Assembly: GCA_963827655.1 (NCBI GenBank)
Contig: CAWHCF010000022.1
Coordinates: 224,001 to 288,000 of the forward strand
DNA length: 64,000 bases
Direction: 5' to 3'
Source: an uncultured Acidobacteriota bacterium
GTDB lineage: Bacteria > Acidobacteriota > UBA6911
Made by a program: the position numbers and the translations under genes. Below are positions 34,189 through 45,265 of this stretch, one piece after another; position 1 is the first letter of the stretch, and the number at the start of each line of letters is the position of its first letter. The notes under the pieces were generated by a model that worked only from the letters and a program-made list of their open reading frames with translations, was not told the origin of the DNA and searched no databases.

Positions 34189-37100
34189 TCAGAACTCCAA
34201 GCTGAAGATCAGAATCGTATATAGCCTGCCGCCCAGCCCCGAGAAACTTCCTTGCGTGCTTGTGATTTTCCCAAACGACTGGGGGTTCGTGAAATTAACC
34301 GCATTGTTCGGCGCCGAGAAAAAGGGAACCTTGAAAGGATTGTTGACGTCGACCCGCAGCGTTCCCTTTACGCGTTCCCCCACCAGGATCGTCTTGGCCA
34401 GAGTCACCTGATGCCAGAGCAAGCCGGGGCCGGTAACAATGTTGCGGCCCGTCTGCCCCGGCGTGAAAGACGCCGGGTAAGCGAAAGCATTGAGGTCGAC
34501 CCAGGGTTCCTTGCAAGACACGATATGACGGCAAGGTCCGCTGCGATCGAACGGAATGCGAATGTCGTCGTAGGTTTTACCCGGCGCCAGATTGGGTCGC
34601 AGGGTTCCCGGGAGGAAAACGTTATTCGAGCCGGCAAGGTGAAGGTCAAAGGCGCGCCGCTCTCGATCGTCTGGATCATGCCGAAGCGCCAGTCGCTGAT
34701 CAGTTTGTTTACAAATCCATTGCCGTCGCTGGCAAACTTTCTCCCTCGGCCAAACGGCAGGTCGTACAAACCGTACGTCACCCAGCGGTGCGCCACGTCG
34801 TAGCTCGAACGCCCCTTCTCCAGCCGGCGGTTGTAGAAAGTGATGCCGCCCGCGCCGGCGTCGTTGCTCGACTCATCCAGCGCCTTGCTCCAGGTATAAA
34901 AGGAGGTCAGGTTGAACCCCATCGAATAGCGCTTGTCGATTTTCAGGGTTCCTGAATGGAAGCTGTTGTGGCCGTAGTTACTGTAATGGGATATGGCGCC
35001 GAAATGCGGGTAGGGACGGAAGTTTTGCGAGGCCGTCCGTATGCGGTTGAGCTCGTCGAAGCTCTGCGCGATATCGAGAGGAATGGCGTTGATGTCCCAG
35101 CGGTTCAGCAGGCCGACCCCGGAAGAGCCCTGATAGTTGGCTTCGAGAACCAGACTATCGCCCAGCTGAAACTGAAGCCCGGCATTCCAGTTGAGGATAT
35201 AGGGCGACCGCATCTGGGGATCGAAATAGGACGCGGCGCGGCCGCTGTAATTCGTGCCGAGAAATGGGGCGGTCCCGTCCGGCAGGACGTTGAACGCGAA
35301 GGACGGCGGCCCCTGCCGCAGGTAAAACGCGGTGCTGGGATCTCCGGGCGGAGGCTGCACGACCGCGGTGGCAAGATACTCCTCGAAATTCTCGCGCAAC
35401 CCGGTGGTCCAGAGATCGAGAGTGTTCACCGCAAATCCGCCGCGGAAGACCCAGTTCTTGGCGAAGTTGTAGGCCAGCCCCAGGCGGGGTTGGAAGTTAT
35501 TCAGGTCGCGCGCGGCAAGGTTTCCGTCAGGGTGAAGCAGACCCCCTCTTTGTCCGGTCAATGGATCGATCGCGTCGGGACTGAACTGGGTCTGCTGGCC
35601 GTACTTGGTGTTGAAGGGGGTCTCATACTGCCAGCGCAGTCCGAGGTTGAGAGTCAGATTGGGCGAGACCTTCCAATCGTCCTGGAAATACAACGAGTGA
35701 GTCCACCAGCGGGGAAGCCACGTGGCCAGCGCCTGAGTGAATTCGGCGCGCACCACGGAACCCAGCAGGAACGACGCGAATTGATTGCCGGTGTTGGGCC
35801 GGAAGGGAAAGTCTGTGCCGCCGAACGTGTATCGCCCGGAAGGCTGCTCGACCAGAATTGAATTGGCCCGCGTCCGGAGCAGTTCGTATCCGGCCTTGAA
35901 GGTGTGCCGGCCTCGCACCATGGTCAAGTTTTCCTGCAGGCTCATATTCTCGGTCACTTCGCCTTCCTTGCCTTCAGGAAACCTGGCGTCAAAGAGGTAG
36001 TCGGTTGCGGTGCGCATGAAGCCGGGCATGGTCTGGCGCTGGGGCATTGGGTATGCCAAGCTGCTGCGCCCAGTTCTGATCCAGACTCTCCGGAACACGC
36101 GAGAACTTGCGGCGATTCCCGCCCACGCGAATTTCGTTGATAGTCCTGGGACTGAGCGTGATGGTGTCGGAGATCACGACTTGCGTCTGGTCGATGGGAA
36201 TGGGAGTGTGGTTGTAATCAAAGATCGGGTTTGCATACTGAACGTTCCAGCGATCGAAAAACGACCGGTGGCGGTAGTTCGAGAGACGACCGAAGATCTT
36301 ATGATCATTCGAAAATGAGTGATCGATCTTGTAGTCGGTGCCGGTGCGGTAGGAGCGATAGACGGTATCCGCGCTGAGGTTATTCATCGGCCCGGTTCGA
36401 GTCATGAACGCCTGGTTGAAGCGGTTGTTTTCGGGCGAGTACGGGTTGAAACTGAGAAACTTCGCAGCCACCGGGTCAAAACGGCTCTGCGGTATCTGGT
36501 TGCCCGGGAACTGCGTCCGGGAATAAGTGCCGTCCGCGAGCCGGACCGTCGTAGCCGGGTCGTAAATGGGATCGCCGATTCCGCCGAAGCTGAAATCGCC
36601 CGCCATCATCGCCGGACTCGGGACGGTACGCTGAGCGTCCTCTGAAGCTTTTTCGTGATGACGCTGAAAGCCGATCAGAAAGAAGGTCTTGTTGTGCCCG
36701 TCATACAGCCCCGGAATAATGACCGGACCACTCAAGGCCCCGGTTATCATGTGATACCCGAAGCTTCCCAGCGGGATATTGGGGTCTTGCCAATTTCGGT
36801 GAATCTGCTCCTTGCTCAAGTAGCGCTCTTCGGCCAGACCATGAAACTGGTTGGAGCCGCTCTTGTACGTGATATTCATGATCCCGCCGCCCGAGTGTCC
36901 GTATTCGGCGGGAAGCGCGGTGGTCAATACCTTCACCTCTTCGATGTTCTGCTCGACGGTCGCCAGGAAGCGATTGGTCGCAATCTCGCCGCGCACCGGT
37001 TCCATCCCGGAAACTCCCTCCATGGTGGCGACAAACGCTCGCGAACGCTGCCCGCCAACGTTGCCGCCGGCTCCCTGAGATGTGACGCCGGGCATGTACC

Positions 37101-37553
37101 AGAGGATGCTCTGGATCTTCTGCTGCGGGGTCGGCAGCTTGTTGCGGATATCGCCGCTCACGAGATGCCCGACGGTCGAGGTTTCGGTTTCGAGCAGCGG
37201 CGTCTCGGCCTTGACCTCGATGGAATCGACCACCTGGCCGATTTCGAGAACTACGTCGACACGGGTTGTCTCCGTCGACCGCACCGTGATGTTGCTGTTT
37301 ACCGTTTTTTTGAAACCCTGAGCCTCGAAGGTAATTTCGTAGGTGCCAGGGTTGAGGTACGGAATGCGATACATCCCCTCTTCGTTGGTCAACGCGTCGT
37401 AGGTAAAACCGGTTCCGCGTGCTGCAAGTGCACTGCCACTCCGGGAACAATTCCGGACGTCGTATCGGTAACCCGCCCGACAATGGTCCCCTGTCCCGTC
37501 TGGGCGAAGGCATTTGCTGTAATCAGAAGCAGAAAGGTCGCGCAACGCAACAT
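34189..37553 (-). CDS. TonB-dependent receptor (Acidobacterial Oar-like); several frameshifts
   Basis: MLRCATFLLLITANAFAQTGQGTIVGRVTD; PAEYGHSGGG; QDDWKVSPNLTLNLGLRW; ends FSLEF. Confidence 0.88.
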
Positions 37554-37640
37554 GCTTGCCTCCCGTTGCAGAAAAATGGAATTGGAGATTTCCCGTTGAA
37601 GACTTTTATAGTCTATCGGCGGTCCATTTCGCAAGCACAA

Positions 37641-37714
37641 ATTCTCAGTGTCTTCGCGTCTTCGTGGTGAGTCCGGCGGACAAAACCAACCACTAAGACC
37701 GAAGACGCGAAGAA
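37641..37714. repeat. Palindromic octamer element
   Basis: attctcagtgtcttcgcgtcttcgtgg ... ccactaagaccgaagacgcgaagaa. Confidence 0.88.
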
Positions 37715-37744
37715 CCTAGAACCTTGAACTCTAAGGAGAATCTC

Positions 37745-39617
37745 ATGACAAACCTCCGGATGGCGTTTCTCGTATTGATCTTCTTCTCGGCCACGGTGTC
37801 GGCGAAAGACATCACCCTGGTTATCGATACACCTCTTGCGCCCCCGGGTTGGGCATTGATGGAACGGGAGCTTCTTCGAGCCAATTCCAGCGCATGCGAA
37901 CGCTTCGCCGCGAAGTATCTCGATCAGCGCGGATACCTGCTGCATACGCCGCGGTGGGGCACTCTCGACGGACCCGACGACGCGATCGAAACCTTCCACA
38001 ACTGGACTCTCCTCCATGCTCTGGGAGGTTCGGATTCCGTCCTCCGGCTGTTCAAGAAGGCTCTCGAAGGCCACCTTCAACAATATAAGGAACTGCGGAC
38101 CAGCAAGACCGAACTGGCCAAAGACGGCGCCTACTACAAGGAATTCATCACCATGTCGGATTGGTTCCACACGGGCGAAGGGATGCGCGGTTTCATGTTC
38201 CTGGGACTTAGCGACCCAACCGACGAGCGGCTGAGCCAGCGCATGCGGCGATTTGCAGGTTTTTACATGAACGAGGATCCGGAGGCGCCCAACTACGACC
38301 CCAAGCACAAGATCATCCGCAGCCTGTGGACCGGCAGCAAGGGACCCATGCTCCGTAAAGCCACGACCTACGACTGGGTGGGAGACTCCGTGCCCGGCCG
38401 CTTCCACGCGCTTCACGGCCCTGCGGGGCGAAGACGAAATGGTCGATCTCGAAGCCCACTACCCGAAGATGCTGGCGCATTGCGCCGAGTACCTCGACAG
38501 CGTGGGAGATCACCCGCTCAACCTCGCATCGACCAACCTGGCGCTCAATGCTTACATGTTGACCCACGAACAAAAGTACCGGGACTGGACCCTGGAATAC
38601 GTCAACGCCTGGAAGCAGCGGACTGAAGCTAACGGGGGGAACATCCCCACCAACATCGGCCTCGACGGAACCATAGGGGGCGAGTACGGCGGCAAATGGT
38701 ACAAAGGCACCTACGGCTGGAACTTCACGATCTATGACGGCGAGATCGACCAGATCGGCCATCGCAACACCTTCGCCTCGGGAATGTGGCCCGGGTTCGG
38801 CAATGCCCTGCTGCTCACGGGCGACCAGGCCTACGTGGCCACTCTCCGCCGGCAGATGGACAATCTCTACGCTCAGAAAAAGACCGTCAATGGAAGAGTG
38901 ACGATCCCTCAGATGTATGGCGACCCTCGAGGACACGGCCAAACCGGCCAGGAAAGCTGGTATCACTGGACGACGAATCTATTGACAGATCGGCTGACCG
39001 AAATCTACCTCTGGTCGATGGACCGGAAGGATCTGGAACGGGTTCCCCAAACGGGTTGGATCGGATTCCTGGAAGGAGCTCAGCCTGACTTTCCCGAGAC
39101 GGCGTTGCGAGCGGATTTCCAGCATATCCGGGCCAAAACCGCAGAGATGCGCAACGATCCGACCACGGCGGACACACGCCTTGCGGATTGGCCCATGGGC
39201 CTGAATCCGGCGACAACCCAGACCCTGGTCAATCTGATGCTCGGAGGATACCTGACCGGTAACATCTGGACCCTGCACAGCCGGGTCCGTTACTTCGATC
39301 CCATCCAGCGGCGTTCCGGCCCGCCCGAGGATGTGGCGGCACTGGTGGAAAAACTCGGGACGGACTCGGTGACATTAACCCTGGTGAACACAAACCAGGT
39401 TCACCCGCGCACCGTGATCGTGCAGGCCGGCGCATACGGCGAGCATCATTTCAATTCGGTCGCTTTCAATGGCAAGACCGAGGCCGTGGACCATCCCTTC
39501 GTCACGACCCGGCTTGAGCCCGGATGTGGAACCCGGATGGTGTTTACCATGAAGCGCTATGCCAATCAGCCGACGGTGGCGCAGCCCTGGGATCGAGGAT
39601 GGATGGTCAAACGCTAG
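37745..39617 (+). CDS. Secreted hypothetical protein (about 620 aa); frameshift near 38435
   Basis: AAGGAG RBS, signal peptide; ORFs 37724..38626 and 38439..39617 join. Confidence 0.75.
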
Positions 39618-40254
39618 CCTTCGAGTCTTCGCGTCCCGGCGGTGAGTTTTCTTCTGCAGCGCGTGCGACAAGATAGGCAAGCGAGCGGCCGGTCCCGCTT
39701 CGAAGCCGCCCCGCCCATGACGTGTGGATTCTGGGCCACTCCGATTGCGCGATCACGCCGCTCTCGACTACCTCGAAACCCGCCGCTCGATAGCTGGCCG
39801 TCAGCGAAGGCGTCATCGTACCGGCAAGAACCGGATCAAGCCCCAGCCGCGTAATCTCGGAGCGATCCCTTCGGGAATCGAGGCTGATGACGACCTCCAG
39901 CCACGCGCCCGGCGCGCAGATGCGTCGCAGGTTTTGGAGCACGCGATCCTCGCCGCCGGCCAAAGCGCGAAGCAGACTCCCCCAGGGAAAATGCACGTGT
40001 ACTTCGTCAGCCACACCGTCGAGCTCCGAGGGGAGTTCCTCGACCGAGGCATGCAAGAACAGAATATTCGGCACTCCCCCCTTCGCACGCTTCCGATGGA
40101 CTCTTTCAGAGACCTTCTTCAGGGCTCCGGCGCTGGCGTCTATCCCGATGTAGAAGCTCCCGGGATTGCGGCGAGCGCACTGGTATACAAAGCGCCCGTC
40201 GCCCGTCCCGAGATCGATGATCACGCCTCCGCCGGTAGGGAGCAATGAGATCAA
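39607..40254 (-). CDS. 16S rRNA (adenine(1408)-N1)-methyltransferase-like, NpmA/KamB family
   Basis: IDLGTGDG, YIGID, KGGVPNILF, ELPSELDGVAD, FPWGSLL, TSWAGRL follow the NpmA/KamB motif order. Confidence 0.85.
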   Translation of the reverse strand: MISLLPTGGGVIIDLGTGDGRFVYQCARRNPGSFYIGIDASAGALKKVSERVHRKRAKGGVPNILFLHASVEELPSELDGVADEVHVHFPWGSLLRALAGGEDRVLQNLRRICAPGAWLEVVISLDSRRDRSEITRLGLDPVLAGTMTPSLTASYRAAGFEVVESGVIAQSEWPRIHTSWAGRLRSGTGRSLAYLVARAAEENSPPGREDSKASV

Positions 40255-40487
40255 GGAATTCTTGTCAGTCGAGCTAATAAAAGCCTTTCCCGCGAATTAC
40301 CCTTAACATGATGCGATCCTTTCAATAACAGTGAGTATAGGGGTCGGGTCTGCGCCTGGCAAGACTCTGGGTTTCCTCCGTCCTTCGCGTCTTCGTGTCT
40401 TGGAGGTTCGGTTTTGTTCGCTCGATTTGAACTTTTTCCGCGAGACCTGAATCTAACCTCGCAGATAACCATATCGAGGTCACGTAT

Positions 40488-41670
40488 ATGAGGGAAAGAA
40501 TAAGGCACCTGTTTCTCGCCTGCGCCTCGGCCGGCCTGGTGTTCTTGCTGTCGGAAATCCCGGCCGCCGCGCAGCAAAAAGATGCACAGATCAAGTATGA
40601 GCTGAAAGAATTCCTGGGACTTCAGATACCCCCGGGACTGGACGTTTTCGCCCTGCGAATTCCTGCGGACAACCCTATAACCCCCGAAAAAGTCGACGCT
40701 CGGCCGGCTGCTTTTCTTCGACCGCGCCCTCTCGAGCGACAACACCGTCTCTTGCGCCGACTGTCACCATCCGAACCTGGCCTTCACGGATGGCAGGCCG
40801 GTCGCAACCGGAATTAGAGGACAAAAGGGAGGGCGCAGCGCGCCTACCCTGATCAATCGCGCCTTCAGCGCGTCGCAGTTCTGGGACGGCAGAGCCGCTT
40901 CTCTGGAGCAGCAGGCGAAAGGGCCGATGCTCGACCCGCTCGAAATGGGCAACCGTTCTCATGAAGACATCGTCGTAAGGCTGGAACGCCTTGACGTCTA
41001 CCGCGGGCTGTTCAAGGAGGCCTTCGGCACGGAGTCCATTACTATCGATCGGGTCGCGCAGGCGATCGCCACGTTCGAAAGAACACTGCTTTCGGGGAAT
41101 TCTCCCTTCGATCGCCACCAGCGTGGGGATGCAGGAGCAGTCAGCGCCTCGGCCAGGCGGGGCTTCGATCTGTTTCGCGGAAAGGCTCAGTGCGACACCT
41201 GTCACACCGGCTTCAATTTCACCGACGAACAATTCCACACCTTAGGCTCGAGCTACCAGCGGTCCGACTCTGACTTCGGCCTGTTTCACGTCACGAAGCG
41301 CCAGGGAGATAAGGGTAAGTTCAAGACCCCGACGCTGCGCGAGATAGCCAACACCGGGCCGTATATGCATGACGGTCGCTTCAGAACATTGGAGGAAGTA
41401 GTCGATTTCTATGGCCGCGGCGGACTCGATGGGGGCCGTTGCGCCCCGGCCGGGATTGGTGGTTTGAATAGCCTGGGCTTGCCGCTGCCTGTACCTGGCG
41501 CGCTTCCGCGGGTGCTGCAACAACGGCTGCCAGCGGGCCTTGGTTCCGGCCCAACCGAGATAGTTCCGTTAAACCTGAGCCAGAAGGATAAGCGGGACCT
41601 GGTGGAATTCTTGAAGTCTCTAAGCGGCGAAGGGTGGCAGCATGTCGAGCCTCCCGAGAGAATTCCCTGA
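40488..41670 (+). CDS. Diheme cytochrome c peroxidase / MauG family; frameshift near 40700
   Basis: CADCH and CDTCH heme motifs; QFWDGRA; FKTPTLR; PYMHDG. Confidence 0.88.
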
Positions 41671-41772
41671 GGCCAGGGTAACCACAAAGACTGGAAGACA
41701 CGAAACGCAAATAAAGCGGCTTGCTGCGGCCAGTCCGGTGTGCGATAAAGGACCTCTGAAAAGAGGTGTGCC

Positions 41773-42738
41773 ATGCAATGTCCGGACTGTGAGGTCATTG
41801 ACCGACGGCAGTTTCTGAAAACTGCAGCCGCAGCTAGCGCCGGCGCCCTTGGCGCCGTCGCTGCGCCTAAATTCAAAGGATCCTCCGAGACTCTGGTGAC
41901 CACGCTTTACCAGAGCCTCTCAGCGGAACAGAAAAAGACGGTTGTGTTCCCTTTCGACCATCCTCTGCGTTCGAAGGTGGATGCCAACTGGCAAATCACT
42001 CCGGCCAAGATCGGAACGGCCTTCACCTCCGATCAACAGGCCATGATCGAGGAAATCTTCCGGGGTTTGCACAACCCTGAATTTCTCGACAAGGTCTTAT
42101 ATCACATCAAGGAAGATGGCGGCGGGATCGGAAACTACTCGGTCGCCCTCTTTGGTGAGCCCGGCAGCGGCGCATTCGAGTTCGTGCTGACAGGGCGGCA
42201 CTGCACGGCTCGATGTGATGGCGATTCGGTGGCAGGGGTCGCATTCGGGGGCCCGATCTTTTACGGGCACGCATCGCAAAGCTTCAACGAAAAACCGGAT
42301 CATCCCCAGAATGTCTACTGGTTTCAGGCGCTCCGGGCCAATCAGGTGTTTCAGGCGCTGGATGGAAAGCAGCGGCAACTGGCTCTGCTCGGCGATCCGC
42401 GCGAGGAGAAGTCGACCGATACCGTTGCTTTGAGAAAACCGGGCGAGGCGCCGGCCGGCCTGCCTGTTTCCGAAATGGCTCGCGACCAGAGAGAGCTGGT
42501 CGAAAAGGTTCTCGCCGATCTTCTGCTGCCGTTCCGCAAGAAGGACAGCGATGAGGCGATGAAGTATATCAACGCTAACGGCGGGGTTAAGTCGCTCTCC
42601 ATGTCGTTTTACAAAAACCTGGATGTCGGCGGCGATGGCGTCTGGGACGTGTGGCAGCTGGAAAGCCCCACCATGATCTGGTATTTCCGGGGTAGTCCGC
42701 ACGTGCACACGTGGGTGAACATCCGCGCGAAGGCGTAG
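41773..42738 (+). CDS. DUF3500-like protein, Tat signal
   Basis: DRRQFLK; YSVALFGEP; GGPIFYGH; WYFRGSPHVH. Confidence 0.7.
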   Translation: MQCPDCEVIDRRQFLKTAAAASAGALGAVAAPKFKGSSETLVTTLYQSLSAEQKKTVVFPFDHPLRSKVDANWQITPAKIGTAFTSDQQAMIEEIFRGLHNPEFLDKVLYHIKEDGGGIGNYSVALFGEPGSGAFEFVLTGRHCTARCDGDSVAGVAFGGPIFYGHASQSFNEKPDHPQNVYWFQALRANQVFQALDGKQRQLALLGDPREEKSTDTVALRKPGEAPAGLPVSEMARDQRELVEKVLADLLLPFRKKDSDEAMKYINANGGVKSLSMSFYKNLDVGGDGVWDVWQLESPTMIWYFRGSPHVHTWVNIRAKA

Positions 42739-42758
42739 GATCGCAGAGCGACAGCGTC

Positions 42759-42975
42759 TGTCCCGAAGGGACAGCGGACATTAGCCGGTGGTGAAACCAC
42801 CGGGGAGGGGCGATACCAACCAATGCGCCCTGGCGGGGCCGGACGCGAGCACGGTTCCACAAGATCGGCGGTAAGAATGCAAGGCTCGTCCCGCGCCCTT
42901 CCGGGGCGCGCCGACCACGGTCATCCGCTCCCGGTGATTTCATCACCGGCTAATATCCCTTGTCCCTCCGGGACA
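42759..42975. repeat. REP/REPIN-like composite inverted repeat
   Basis: TGTCCCGAAGGGACA..TTAGCCGGTGGTGAAACCACCGG and its inverted counterpart CCGGTGATTTCATCACCGGCTAA..TGTCCCTCCGGGACA. Confidence 0.8.
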
Positions 42976-43147
42976 AAGCGCGCGATGGTTTCTGATGACC
43001 CGTCGCCACAAGGATTCAGACAACCTCACCAGCCGACCACCATCACGTCAGACGTGGACGTTGAAGTGATCGTGGACATGATCGTGATCGGCCTTTCTTT
43101 ATGGTCGGGGCTACCCTTTCGGCTCCTGACTCGAATAGTCCCCTTCA

Positions 43148-44167
43148 ATGAAAGCCGCGCTTCTGGAACGCTTCGGCGAACCGCTGACCCTGGCTCAAAT
43201 CCCTCAACCTGTCCCGGGACCCGGCCAGATTCTCGTCCGGGTCGAGGCTTGCGGACTCTGCCACAGCGATCTACACCTCGCCCGCGGCGAATGGGAAGGA
43301 TTCAAGCCTCGCATGCCGATGCCGCTCGTGCTCGGACACGAAGTGGCCGGCCGGGTCGCGGGTCGCGGCTCGGGCGTGCAGCGGCTCAAAGAAGGAGACC
43401 CCGTCGGCGTCGCCTGGTTTCATTACACCTGCGGGAGCTGTGACTACTGCCGCCGTGATCTGGAAGTCTTCTGCGACCAGTCGCAGATCACCGGAGTCAC
43501 GGTGCACGGCGGCTTTGCCGAGTACGTTCTGGCCTGGGAAAGCCACGCGACGCCAATCCCCGAAAGTCTGCCGCCCGGCGAGGCCGCGCCCTTGTTTTGC
43601 GCCGGCGGAACCGTGTTCAGCGCGCTTTCGAAGGTCAAGCTCGACGGTTCGACTCACCTCGGCATCTGGGGCGCCGGAGGGCTAGGGCAGTATGGCATCC
43701 AGCTGGGCAAGTTCGCCGGGTCGCGAGTAACGGCCGTCGATCTATCTCCCTCGAGACTCGAGCTGGCCCGATCACTCGGAGCCGACGCCGCGCTGGGCGC
43801 CGAGGAGGCGACCGAGTGGTTCGGCCGGCCGGAGAACCGGGTAAACGTAGCGCTGGTCTGCGCGAGCTCGGCGGAGGCGTACCGCAGCGCGTTCCAGGCC
43901 CTTCAGAAGAACGGCGTGCTGCTCATCGTAGGAATTCCCTCCGCGCCGCTACAGTGGACTGCGGGAGACCTCATTCGATCGGGAGTCCGGATCATCCCTT
44001 CGCGAGTCGCAAGCCGCCGGGAGCTGTCTGACCTGGTGAAGCTGGCGCAGAGCGGCGTGGTCCGCTCCGAGATTGTTTCCTTCCCGTTGCGGAAGATCAA
44101 TGACGCCATCCGGGCGCTGGCCGCCGGAGAAATCCGCGGTCGGGCCGTGATCCATCCGGATCTTTAG
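43148..44167 (+). CDS. Zinc-dependent alcohol dehydrogenase (AdhP-like)
   Basis: CGLCHSD, GHE, CGSCDYC...C, GAGGLG. Confidence 0.92.
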   Translation: MKAALLERFGEPLTLAQIPQPVPGPGQILVRVEACGLCHSDLHLARGEWEGFKPRMPMPLVLGHEVAGRVAGRGSGVQRLKEGDPVGVAWFHYTCGSCDYCRRDLEVFCDQSQITGVTVHGGFAEYVLAWESHATPIPESLPPGEAAPLFCAGGTVFSALSKVKLDGSTHLGIWGAGGLGQYGIQLGKFAGSRVTAVDLSPSRLELARSLGADAALGAEEATEWFGRPENRVNVALVCASSAEAYRSAFQALQKNGVLLIVGIPSAPLQWTAGDLIRSGVRIIPSRVASRRELSDLVKLAQSGVVRSEIVSFPLRKINDAIRALAAGEIRGRAVIHPDL

Positions 44168-44176
44168 CAGCAACGT

Positions 44177-44254
44177 TCTTGGTGTTTCTTCGTGTCTTCG
44201 AGTCTTGGTGGTATTTGTTCCGCAGCGCTAACCACAAAGACACGAAGACACTAA
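44177..44254. repeat. Palindromic octamer element (TGTTTC subfamily)
   Basis: tcttggtgtttcttcgtgtcttcgagtcttggtggtatttgttccgcagcgctaaccacaaagacacgaagacactaa. Confidence 0.9.
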
Positions 44255-44295
44255 ATTAATTCCGCCTGGCCTGGCCGGCTGCGATCCGCCTTTCG

Positions 44296-44697
44296 TCACA
44301 AGACTTCGCTCAGTTCCAAGCGTGCCACCTTCTTGTGAGCCTTCCGGTCGCAGGTTATCCATATTCCTTGGAGCAACTTCGCGAGTGCCACGTAAGCCGC
44401 ATCGTATCCGGATAAACCCAGGCGCTGGATGGGTTGAATCTCCGATAGCAGCGCGGGAGTCATCGAGAATCGCTGGATGCCCAGGGTCACGACACGTGCC
44501 AGAAGCGCAAGCTGCTCTTCGGATGGATCCGGGATGCACCGGTGGAAGACGTGGGCCAGCTCGAAGTAGAAGATCTCGGGAACAGCAAAGTGCGACGGAG
44601 AAGCCAGAACCTCGGCTAGAACGGCCAGCGCCTGCTCTCGTCCCCGTTCGAGAACGAACCACTTGATGGCGACCGACGCATCAATGATCCGAACCAT
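44296..44697 (-). CDS. vapC: VapC/PIN-domain toxin
   Basis: IIDASVAIKW, E, YDAAYVALA, ITCD. Confidence 0.9.
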   Translation of the reverse strand: MVRIIDASVAIKWFVLERGREQALAVLAEVLASPSHFAVPEIFYFELAHVFHRCIPDPSEEQLALLARVVTLGIQRFSMTPALLSEIQPIQRLGLSGYDAAYVALAKLLQGIWITCDRKAHKKVARLELSEVL

Positions 44698-44947
44698 AGC
44701 GCAGTTTCCGCAGGACCGCGAGCGAACCGACGGATGACTTGACTGCGCTGCGACGGAAAGCTTCCAGGAGCTCTAGCCTCTTCTGTTCCTCGCGGTAGTC
44801 GATGAAGCGCTCCTTGAAGATTCTGAGCGAAATCAGGACCGCTACCGGTTCGCGCCCCTTTTCAATAATGATCGGTTCGTCGGTCTTCTTGAGTTTCTCG
44901 AGAATCCTCCCAAGGGACTGGCGTACTTGCAGCGCATTCACTTTCAT
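44681..44947 (-). CDS. Phd/YefM family antitoxin
   Basis: VNALQVRQSLGRIL...PIIIEKGREPVAVLIS; overlaps the toxin start. Confidence 0.88.
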   Translation of the reverse strand: MKVNALQVRQSLGRILEKLKKTDEPIIIEKGREPVAVLISLRIFKERFIDYREEQKRLELLEAFRRSAVKSSVGSLAVLRKLRYGSDH

Positions 44948-44953
44948 GGATGA

Positions 44954-44983
44954 AGTGTATAGTCACGTGACTATACACGTCAA
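44954..44983 (-). promoter_or_regulatory. TA promoter with a perfect 24-bp palindromic operator
   Basis: GTGTATAGTCACGTGACTATACAC (44955..44978); TTGACG-18 bp-TACACT, then 6 nt to ATG. Confidence 0.8.
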
Positions 44984-45265
44984 TGGAACAATGGGCCTTG
45001 CAGGGCACGCCCGTCGGAACCGGAGCACGGATGCTACAGATTCGATTTTCGCGCAACCAATGGCAACTTTCCCTGGTTGCGGTCTTTCGGCGTGGAAAAC
45101 TCGTCAGCACGGCGCAACATTTTGCGTCGCTCTTGCGTTTTCACAAAGGAACCGCAACGTTGTCATCGCGGACGCGACGTAAAAACGTGTTCGCCCTAAA
45201 CCGGTATTGAAACGACGGCTGAATTCACACCGACGGATCCAAATCTCAACAGGAGGGATCGCGCG

